A DNA stretch of 64,000 nucleotides, from IMG/VR virus record IMGVR_UViG_3300033073_000738, positions 1-64,000 of that record, one strand, 5' to 3'. The notes under the pieces are model-generated. The model was not told where the DNA came from and did not search any database. It saw only the letters and a program-made list of their open reading frames with translations. Both the position numbers and the translations under genes were made by a program. This document shows, piece after piece, positions 1 through 6,534 of the stretch (positions within the stretch are counted from its first letter, which is position 1; every line of letters begins with the position of its first letter). The stretch comes from a virus. Lineage: Duplodnaviria > Caudoviricetes.

Positions 1-475
1 GATGTGAAACCACACTGACTAATGACAAGCAGACCCTAGTTTGAGTCGTAAGACCTCTAGGTGAGCGGTTAATCAGTCTCCCAAGGGTGAGCAGTTGTAA
101 TAGTTCCTGTACATAGATAAGAACGGATTAAATAGTAGCTCTAAGAATAGCTATTACAACTGAGTGCAGAGGGAGTTAACTTACTCTTGTTGCGTCCACG
201 TAGTTTAAGTATAAAACATACGCCCCATTGGTATAGTTTCTACTATGATCAAGGTAATCGTATATGTCAGGAGTATAGCCTGACCATTGGACAAAACTTC
301 TTAACCTGTACCCTTGAAAAACTCGTATTTAAAGATAAGCAGGTTAGCTCTGATATAAAAGGGTAAGAGAATAAAGAGCAAACGTGTTGTTCCCTTGAGA
401 AAGGAATAGATAAAGGAGGATAAGCTGCTTTCAAAAGCATTGTATCTCACAACACAGAGGACTTCTCATCCTCAA
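1..475 (+). ncRNA. Candidate large structured ncRNA (probably 5'-truncated by the window; family unassigned)
   Basis: No ORF. Nested stems: CAGTTGTAATAG 92-103/CTATTACAACTG 151-162, CTCCC 78-82/GGGAG 171-175, CCTAG 35-39/CTAGG 57-61 with a GTC-GTAA-GAC GNRA hairpin, TAACCTG 302-308/CAGGTTA 340-346, GTGTTGT 384-390/ACAACAC 449-455. Two loop-loop complementarities. Abuts a tRNA-like element. Confidence 0.6.
194..293 (+). other. Degenerate tRNA-like element embedded in the ncRNA
   Basis: GTCCA/TGGAC acceptor-like stem, T8A9, GTTT/AAAC D-arm, ATACG/CGTAT stem enclosing about 36 nt, GTCAGG/CCTGAC arm with a non-canonical 7-nt loop AGTATAG. Confidence 0.4.
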
Positions 476-480
476 CTTAT

Positions 481-597
481 AGTCAGTTGGCGGAATTGGT
501 AGACGCAGAGTATATGGTTACAGATGTAGATATGTAACTGGTCACGCAGCGAGATAGCGTACTCTTTCTATTACAGGTTCGAATCCTGTCCTGACTA
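481..597 (+). tRNA. tRNA-like RNA with an expanded, branched anticodon arm (no assignable anticodon)
   Basis: AGTCAG/CTGACT acceptor stem, Leu-type D-arm GGCGGAATTGGTAGACGC, canonical T-arm ACAGG-TTCGAAT-CCTGT. AGAGTA/TACTCT stem encloses about 47 nt. No encoded CCA. Confidence 0.65.
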
Positions 598-599
598 CG

Positions 600-680
600 C
601 TTGGTGGCACGCCAATCGTATAATGATGGTTAGAATGTTCCGCAAAATACATTCAGTGCTGACAGCTGGAAAGACAGCAA
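600..680 (+). ncRNA. Small structured RNA between the tRNA-like elements
   Basis: GGCAC/GTGCT closing stem with two inner hairpins (GCCAATCG/TGATGGT; GAATGT/ACATTC), followed by a GCTG-GAAAGA-CAGC hairpin. Confidence 0.4.
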
Positions 681-681
681 C

Positions 682-750
682 AGCCAAGTAGCTTAATTGG
701 TAAAGCGGTGGCGATAGCTTCCGTTGCAAGTTCGAATCTTGTCTTGGCTA
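682..750 (+). tRNA. tRNA-like RNA with a shortened anticodon arm (GATA tetraloop)
   Basis: Perfect AGCCAAG/CTTGGCT acceptor stem, D-arm TAGCTTAATTGGTAAAGC, T-arm GCAAG-TTCGAAT-CTTGT. Only 69 nt; anticodon arm is GGTGGC-GATA-GCTTCC. Confidence 0.65.
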
Positions 751-811
751 CACGTTTTGTTTTACACACCTCTTTTAAGGAGGTATTATCACAAACTTAA
801 AAAACACCAAA

Positions 812-1108
812 ATGAATTTCTATCTACTGGATGAAAACAAAAAGCCCTATAAGGCTGCTTCCTTAAGAGAAGCATTAAAAATTTATGAGAACCCTGATAT
901 GAAAATAACCAAGCAAGACTATATAGGAGATGTCTTTGTATCTACTGTATTTCTTGGTATAGACCATAATTATGAAAATCAGGGTGATCCTGTGCTATGG
1001 GAGACTATGATATTTGGTGGAATGTATGACGAATATCAAGAACGTTACACTTCGCATGAAGATGCTCTTGCCGGTCATCAACGTGCATTAGATTTAGCCA
1101 AATCTTGA
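812..1108 (+). CDS. Conserved phage hypothetical protein
   Basis: VSTVFLGIDH...ETMIFGG...YQERY pattern; first gene of a tightly packed operon. Confidence 0.75.
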   Translation: MNFYLLDENKKPYKAASLREALKIYENPDMKITKQDYIGDVFVSTVFLGIDHNYENQGDPVLWETMIFGGMYDEYQERYTSHEDALAGHQRALDLAKS

Positions 1109-1111
1109 ACT

Positions 1112-1330
1112 ATGACTACCTGGAACTATCGTGTAATCAAATCTAAAGATGGTGAAGATGACTACTATCAAATACATAGTTGTTATTACACTGACAATAA
1201 GTTAGATGGTACATCTGTAGAACCAGCCAAAGCTGCTGGTAATACATTAGAAGAACTAAGAGCAGACCTACAACGTATGTTAGAAGCTCTTGATAAACCT
1301 ATTATTGACGAAACAAATTTAAAACAATGA
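1112..1330 (+). CDS. Hypothetical protein (WNYRV type)
   Basis: Packed ORF with ATGA overlap into the next gene. Confidence 0.7.
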   Translation: MTTWNYRVIKSKDGEDDYYQIHSCYYTDNKLDGTSVEPAKAAGNTLEELRADLQRMLEALDKPIIDETNLKQ

Positions 1331-1545
1331 AGTATTTATTTTTTATGGTGCTACTAGCGTCATGTTCTCCGCGTAACGTTGAAAGCAAACACACTAACTA
1401 CGATGTCAGAGGTTCTGGTATTCCACTTGAAGTGATAACAATAGAAGGTTGCCAATATCTTTATGGACGATGGGGTGATGCTACTGTTTTGTCCCACAAA
1501 GGTAACTGTAATAATTCTATTCACCCTGAATATACAAGACGATGA
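1327..1545 (+). CDS. Putative lipoprotein
   Basis: Signal peptide with lipobox LLAS-C. Confidence 0.6.
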   Translation: MKYLFFMVLLASCSPRNVESKHTNYDVRGSGIPLEVITIEGCQYLYGRWGDATVLSHKGNCNNSIHPEYTRR

Positions 1546-1748
1546 ACCAAGTACCAGAGTGGGTTTATAGTAATCTATGTTACTATGACCTTAGAAACCC
1601 AGATGGTGTAAGAGATGTTATAGATTTTTATGATATAGAAGAACGTACTAAGTTTGGTACACACAGTAGACCAGACTGTGGATGTGATAACTGTTTCTAC
1701 AGACGATCTAAATTAGCTAATTATATTATTAACAATTTAAAAAACTAA
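1542..1748 (+). CDS. Hypothetical Cys-rich protein
   Basis: CGCDNC motif; ATGA coupling. Confidence 0.65.
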   Translation: MNQVPEWVYSNLCYYDLRNPDGVRDVIDFYDIEERTKFGTHSRPDCGCDNCFYRRSKLANYIINNLKN

Positions 1749-1751
1749 TCT

Positions 1752-2042
1752 ATGCAAGTGTATAGAATAATGAACAAAACCACCGGATTATACTCCAAGG
1801 GTGGATGTAACGCAGACTTACCTTATAATACAGGAAGCTGGTCTAAAAAAGGTAAAGTGTGGACTGGTATGGGTCCTTTGAAACTACATCTCAAGATGTA
1901 CGTAACAGACAACAATTATAGTAAGTCGTATAATAACAGAATCCCTCATGACTGGGTCGTGATGGAGTATAATAACGGAGACTGGACACCAACTATGACA
2001 GCTAGATCTCTCTATCCTGAAACTAAATACTTACTACCATGA
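1752..2042 (+). CDS. Hypothetical protein
   Basis: Packed ORF; WSKKGKVW motif. Confidence 0.7.
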   Translation: MQVYRIMNKTTGLYSKGGCNADLPYNTGSWSKKGKVWTGMGPLKLHLKMYVTDNNYSKSYNNRIPHDWVVMEYNNGDWTPTMTARSLYPETKYLLP

Positions 2043-2302
2043 GTACAGAGATAGCACTTATAAAAGGTACATATCATGTACATCCTTCTAAAGGAACCTT
2101 TGAAGTTGAGCATATAGAAGCTGAACTACAGCTCACTAGGTTTTATAATGGTAAAGATCGTGGACGTGCATTACAGCTCACTGTAAGTCAACAGGGTTTA
2201 GAAGGAACAACTTCTTACATCCATCTTACACCAGAGTCTTGTAAAGAATTAGCTCAGATACTTCTGAACGCATTTGATGACACTAAACACCCATCAGAAT
2301 GA
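2039..2302 (+). CDS. Hypothetical protein
   Basis: ATGA-coupled ORF. Confidence 0.7.
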   Translation: MSTEIALIKGTYHVHPSKGTFEVEHIEAELQLTRFYNGKDRGRALQLTVSQQGLEGTTSYIHLTPESCKELAQILLNAFDDTKHPSE

Positions 2303-2664
2303 AACTAGTTAAGCTTTATAAAGACTATGATCACTACGTTATTATAACTAATGATAAGATAAACGTGGATGATATAGTATTAGAAACCTATGTAGATGGT
2401 TCTATAGGACTAGAACACATACAGACTCTTAATGATATAGATCCATCAACACAGAAAAAGGTTACACACACTTCTATACCCATAGTAGGTCTTTGTTTTA
2501 TAGATGAAGATGAATTAAAAGAACTATTAAGAGAAACGGATATAACTAAGAAAGCAGAACAAGTGTTTCCATATAAAGAAACAAGAACTGACTTTGCTAC
2601 AGATGAGTGTAGAGAAATATACAAAATTGGATACAAACAAGCATTAAAAGATAATAATCTATGA
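2299..2664 (+). CDS. Hypothetical protein, paralog of 2661-3170
   Basis: Shares DHY(V/I)I, (V/I)TH(T/S), E(L/V)KELL and GY..(A/S)L.DN with the next ORF. Confidence 0.7.
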   Translation: MKLVKLYKDYDHYVIITNDKINVDDIVLETYVDGSIGLEHIQTLNDIDPSTQKKVTHTSIPIVGLCFIDEDELKELLRETDITKKAEQVFPYKETRTDFATDECREIYKIGYKQALKDNNL

Positions 2665-3170
2665 AGATAATTAAAATATCATTAGACCACTACATTATAG
2701 TGGATGAAAGTAAACAACCCGTTCAAGGATATTATTATGATAATTTCATAAAAGATATAAGAGATACAAGAGGTGCAGAGTATGGAGAAGCTGACCATTG
2801 TTGGCAAATAACACACTCCACACAACTTGACAAGGGAATGGATAATGTTACATTCATCTCTTTATCAGAAGTAAAAGAACTATTAGGAGAGGTGGATGTG
2901 GAGAAGAAATCATACGCATTTATAAAAAAAGTAGAAGGCTCGGAAGAACACCGTCTTACTTATATTGATGGTTACAGAGAATCCCTTGAAGATAACAAAG
3001 ATAGGAAGTATACAAAGCAAGATATGGTAGAATGGGCTATGTGTATGATTGCTCAGTATGTGCAAGGTAATACTAACATATGGAACAGAGAACTTCTACG
3101 TCAGTCTTTACCCCAACTCCGAACAGAATGGGATGTAGAATTTGTAAACGGTAAACTTAAACTTAAATAA
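2661..3170 (+). CDS. Hypothetical protein, paralog of 2299-2664 with an extra C-terminal module
   Basis: Same shared motifs plus a KYT..D module. Confidence 0.7.
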   Translation: MKIIKISLDHYIIVDESKQPVQGYYYDNFIKDIRDTRGAEYGEADHCWQITHSTQLDKGMDNVTFISLSEVKELLGEVDVEKKSYAFIKKVEGSEEHRLTYIDGYRESLEDNKDRKYTKQDMVEWAMCMIAQYVQGNTNIWNRELLRQSLPQLRTEWDVEFVNGKLKLK

Positions 3171-3172
3171 CT

Positions 3173-3361
3173 ATGTGTGGAGTAATAGAATTTGATAAAT
3201 GTGACTTCTGTCATCAAGAGAAACCAGTACATCGTACATATCTCAGACCATCTGATTATGTTAAGCCTCAAGACCCTCAAGAATATCTAAAGCTGTACAA
3301 TGAGGGTAACTATTTTATTATCATTAAAACCTGCTCTAATTGCGGAGTTCCTAAAACTTAA
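3173..3361 (+). CDS. Small Zn-ribbon protein
   Basis: CDFC...CSNC. Confidence 0.65.
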   Translation: MCGVIEFDKCDFCHQEKPVHRTYLRPSDYVKPQDPQEYLKLYNEGNYFIIIKTCSNCGVPKT

Positions 3362-3367
3362 ACTAGT

Positions 3368-3460
3368 ATGATGGAAAGAATGTATCTTGTAAAGATTAAT
3401 GGTCAATATATTACTATGACCGAAGGTGAGTATGAACAATATTTAATTTACGGAAAATAA
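3368..3460 (+). CDS. 30-aa hypothetical peptide (below ORF track cutoff)
   Basis: MMERMYLVKINGQYITMTEGEYEQYLIYGK fills the intergenic gap exactly. Confidence 0.5.
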   Translation: MMERMYLVKINGQYITMTEGEYEQYLIYGK

Positions 3461-3465
3461 ATATT

Positions 3466-3720
3466 ATGAACACATTAGTAAAACTCCTGATTGTTGTAAC
3501 GCTTACAGGGTGCAGCTGCAATTGGGGTGGTAAAGCAGAACGTGGTACAGTAATCATCTTAAATAAAAAACAAGGTTTAACATATAGATGGAACATACGA
3601 TATTACAGTATGTACATCTATAATGGAGAGAATTCAAAGTGGTACAACACAGACCAATCTACATACAATATGTACAGCATAGGTGATACCATCAATACAC
3701 TCATTTTTACAAACGAATAA
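3466..3720 (+). CDS. Putative lipoprotein or membrane protein
   Basis: Hydrophobic N-terminus with LTG-C. Confidence 0.55.
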   Translation: MNTLVKLLIVVTLTGCSCNWGGKAERGTVIILNKKQGLTYRWNIRYYSMYIYNGENSKWYNTDQSTYNMYSIGDTINTLIFTNE

Positions 3721-3722
3721 CC

Positions 3723-4079
3723 ATGAACACACCTGTAAACATTGAGATAGCTGAACTCTTAAAAGAGAAAGGGTATGATATTCCGTGTTATCATTACTAT
3801 TATAAAAACAAATTAGATTCATCTTCAAAAGATAATTGGAACGACTTAAATGGATACTCAGCACCAACCATAGCAGAAGTAGTAATGTGGTTGTATGAGA
3901 AGTATGGGGTGTGGATTGATGTAAGCTTAAATCAATACTCTAAACCTAAAGATTTACAATGGATGTACTCTATAGTGTTTACACAGGATTGTACTTATTC
4001 TCATAGTCCCAAGTCATTTAACTCTCCGACAGAAGCCTATGAAGCTGCTATCCTTTACACTTTAAATAACTTGATATGA
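3723..4079 (+). CDS. Hypothetical protein (LKEKG..AP..W..EKY family), paralog of 4895-5377
   Basis: Shared motifs with 4895-5377. Confidence 0.7.
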   Translation: MNTPVNIEIAELLKEKGYDIPCYHYYYKNKLDSSSKDNWNDLNGYSAPTIAEVVMWLYEKYGVWIDVSLNQYSKPKDLQWMYSIVFTQDCTYSHSPKSFNSPTEAYEAAILYTLNNLI

Positions 4080-4324
4080 AACTATACACAGAAGAACAAG
4101 TAAGGAGTATGTTAGATAAAATGGAAGTTATATATTCATTAGAAGACTTAACACCAATAGAACTACCTAGTGATGAGGAGATGAAAGAATATGTTTATGA
4201 CAATATAACACCTCCTTCTTTAGATAAAGGAGATGGAGTAGAACAAATGTATTTTGATACTGGATTTTATGTAGGTTTTAGAGAATTTGCAAAATGGATA
4301 AGAGATAAAATACTTAACAAATGA
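4076..4324 (+). CDS. MKLYTEEQV-family protein, copy 1
   Basis: MKLYTEEQV...TPIELPSDEE...WIRDKI. Confidence 0.8.
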   Translation: MKLYTEEQVRSMLDKMEVIYSLEDLTPIELPSDEEMKEYVYDNITPPSLDKGDGVEQMYFDTGFYVGFREFAKWIRDKILNK

Positions 4325-4623
4325 AACTATACACAGAAGAGCAAGTAAAGGAAATGATTGATGATGCTCATAATGGTATTGATGGGTATTATGATATTTT
4401 TAAAAGGCATACCCCAATAGAACTACCAAGTGATACAGCTGAAGATACAGCAGATTATATTGATAGACATATTGTAAAAGCAATGGTTGAAGTTGCAAAA
4501 AAACCTATAAACTTTCCAAGTGATGAGGAGATAGAGGAACGAGCAAAAAGAAACGTTAACAAATATTCATTTATTGATGGTGTGGAATGGTTAAAAGATA
4601 AAATAATAGGAGGTAACAAATGA
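4321..4623 (+). CDS. MKLYTEEQV-family protein, copy 2 (duplicated PSD block)
   Basis: MKLYTEEQV...TPIELPSD...PINFPSDEE...WLKDKIIGGNK. Confidence 0.8.
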   Translation: MKLYTEEQVKEMIDDAHNGIDGYYDIFKRHTPIELPSDTAEDTADYIDRHIVKAMVEVAKKPINFPSDEEIEERAKRNVNKYSFIDGVEWLKDKIIGGNK

Positions 4624-4898
4624 AGCTATACACAGAAGAACAAGTAAGGGAAGCGCTAAATGCAGGGTTTAGATTAGCAATGGAAACAGATGGTGGATTA
4701 AATGATTATAGAGAATTATTTATTAATGCGCTCACCCCCATCGAACTACCAACTGATGAGGAGGTGTGGAGATGGTGGCAAACACAAAAATTTCAAAAAG
4801 AACAAGGAGAGCAAGAATATACAATGCTTTATGAGATTGATTTACCAAAGATATTGAAATCATTTACAGAACATTTAATACAAGGAGGTAACCAATGA
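4620..4898 (+). CDS. MKLYTEEQV-family protein, copy 3
   Basis: MKLYTEEQV...TPIELPTDEE...IQGGNQ. Confidence 0.8.
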   Translation: MKLYTEEQVREALNAGFRLAMETDGGLNDYRELFINALTPIELPTDEEVWRWWQTQKFQKEQGEQEYTMLYEIDLPKILKSFTEHLIQGGNQ

Positions 4899-5377
4899 AC
4901 AAAGAGTTTATCCCCTACGAACAAGCATTAGAACTTAAAGAACTTGGGTTTGATGAACCTTATTACTTCGCAACATATTTGGATTCTTCTAATCTTATAC
5001 CAAGAGAAGAAGAGGATGGTTGGGACCTATCAAAAGGAATTATTGCCCCACTCTACCAACAAGCATTCCGTTGGTTTAGGGAGAAGTATATTTTAATCTA
5101 TGTAATTGTTAAAGCGGAATCTTGGTTTTTTACTATTAACGGATGTAATACCCAAGAAGGTTTTAACACCTACGAAGAAGCAGAACTTGCTTGTCTTAGA
5201 AAACTAATTGAAATAGTAAAGGAGAAACAAAGCAGCATACCAGATGAAAATTTTGATTATGTAAAACCGAACGCAAAAACATTACCCATGCTGAAGAAGA
5301 TTTATGGTGATTGTGCGACTGATAAAACTGCAACCTTTCAAGTACTTAAAAAGAAAATACAAGGAGGTGACCAATGA
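4895..5377 (+). CDS. Chimeric hypothetical protein (MNKEF/LKELGF family with an array-type IQGGDQ tail)
   Basis: N-terminal 110 aa paralogous to 3723-4079; ends KIQGGDQ like the array genes. Confidence 0.75.
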   Translation: MNKEFIPYEQALELKELGFDEPYYFATYLDSSNLIPREEEDGWDLSKGIIAPLYQQAFRWFREKYILIYVIVKAESWFFTINGCNTQEGFNTYEEAELACLRKLIEIVKEKQSSIPDENFDYVKPNAKTLPMLKKIYGDCATDKTATFQVLKKKIQGGDQ

Positions 5378-5619
5378 AACTATATACAGAAAAGCAGGTA
5401 GATAGAATGATGGAGTTGGCAAAGTTTAGCCAAAACTCAAAAAACAGAATACTTTTTTCGTTCACACCAATAGAGATACCAAATGATGAAGGAGAAGAGA
5501 AACTATTCACAGAGGATGATGTAAGAAAGGCTATTGTAATGAGTGCAACCTCTCCAACGGATAATCTAATTGATAGATGTGATAAAATCATTAAACACAT
5601 AAAACAAAGTAAAAAATGA
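5374..5619 (+). CDS. MKLYTEEQV-family protein, copy 4
   Basis: MKLYTEKQV...TPIEIPNDE...KLFTEDDV. Confidence 0.8.
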   Translation: MKLYTEKQVDRMMELAKFSQNSKNRILFSFTPIEIPNDEGEEKLFTEDDVRKAIVMSATSPTDNLIDRCDKIIKHIKQSKK

Positions 5620-5873
5620 CACTGCTAACAATACTAGGTTGTATCTCAGTAGGAGTAATATCATTCATTATTATTATGCGTTTTATAGATTGGTTAAGGA
5701 ACCACCTTACTCACATTATATGTAAAGAACTACCTCCAAGAACAGAACCATGTAAACATGAACGGTTTGTAATGGACAAAGAGATAAGAACTATAGAGTG
5801 TACACAGTGTGGTATGAGATCTTGGCTAGAGAAAAACCACGTTGATTTATTTCCACCTAAAAAACAGAAATAA
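5616..5873 (+). CDS. Membrane-anchored Zn-ribbon protein
   Basis: N-terminal TM; CKH...CTQC. Confidence 0.6.
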   Translation: MTLLTILGCISVGVISFIIIMRFIDWLRNHLTHIICKELPPRTEPCKHERFVMDKEIRTIECTQCGMRSWLEKNHVDLFPPKKQK

Positions 5874-6091
5874 TGAGAACACTATTATTTTTTATCCTGG
5901 TCACAGTTGTATCATGTACTGGTTTACCACGTAAGTACCGTGTTTTTATAAGTAACGGCAGCGGTTGGGAAAAATCAGCTACTTATATAGACTGTGATTC
6001 AGCTACTATGATTAGTAAGACAGAAGCTATCATCTATATAGATGGACACAGCTCACACATCTATGCTGAAAGTATATTGATATCAAACTAA
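5873..6091 (+). CDS. Putative lipoprotein
   Basis: Signal peptide with VVS-C. Confidence 0.55.
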   Translation: MRTLLFFILVTVVSCTGLPRKYRVFISNGSGWEKSATYIDCDSATMISKTEAIIYIDGHSSHIYAESILISN

Positions 6092-6111
6092 ATACTATAA
6101 ACCAGAGTAGT

Positions 6112-6309
6112 ATGACACCACAAAAAAAAGCTAAAGAGCTACTAAACAAGCTATTTCTCTATACCGATGGTTGGGTAAGTAGAAAAACGGTTGCGTTGAT
6201 GATGGTTGATGAAATCAAAGAAACACTAAGAGAAGTCTGCGATGAAGAGATATTGGCTATACACATGATATACTGGGAGAAAGTTAAACAAGAAATTGAA
6301 AGTTTATAA
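6112..6309 (+). CDS. Hypothetical protein (MTP..KA.EL...YW..VKQEI type)
   Basis: Motif pattern seen in Bacteroidota phage small genes. Confidence 0.7.
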   Translation: MTPQKKAKELLNKLFLYTDGWVSRKTVALMMVDEIKETLREVCDEEILAIHMIYWEKVKQEIESL

Positions 6310-6333
6310 ATCATCAAACAAAACTATCATAAA

Positions 6334-6534
6334 ATGACAACATTACAAGAAATTGCTATTAGATGTGCACATGCTGACCTTGTAGGAGCTCTTCAAAATT
6401 TTGAACAGTGTACGCCAGCACATCATGATTGGAAATCTCATAAAGAAACAATAGAGGAATTAGAATTCATATTTCCATTTTTAAACAACCATGAAGATAA
6501 TAAAGCAGAAAACAAAGACATTAATCACACGTGA
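6334..6534 (+). CDS. Hypothetical protein
   Basis: ORF with A-rich leader. Confidence 0.55.
   Translation: MTTLQEIAIRCAHADLVGALQNFEQCTPAHHDWKSHKETIEELEFIFPFLNNHEDNKAENKDINHT

Larger units (their letters stand above)
4076..5495 (+). repeat. Interspersed direct-repeat blocks structuring the gene array
   Basis: ATGAARCTATAYACAGAARARCARGTA at 4076, 4321, 4620, 5374. ACNCCNATNGARVTACCWANTGAT at about 4151, 4411, 4734, 5464. AGGAGGTRACMAATGAA junctions at about 4608, 4883, 5362. Confidence 0.85.

Noticed and set aside
598-680. Theta/HDV-like ribozyme after the tRNA-like RNA
   Set aside because: Could not fit the P1/P2/P3 nested double pseudoknot and catalytic C by eye; kept only as an unassigned structured RNA.
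4076-5495. CRISPR array interpretation of the repeat-spacer pattern
   Set aside because: Repeats are in-frame coding blocks of alternating types with wobble-position changes, spacer lengths vary widely, and no cas genes are present.
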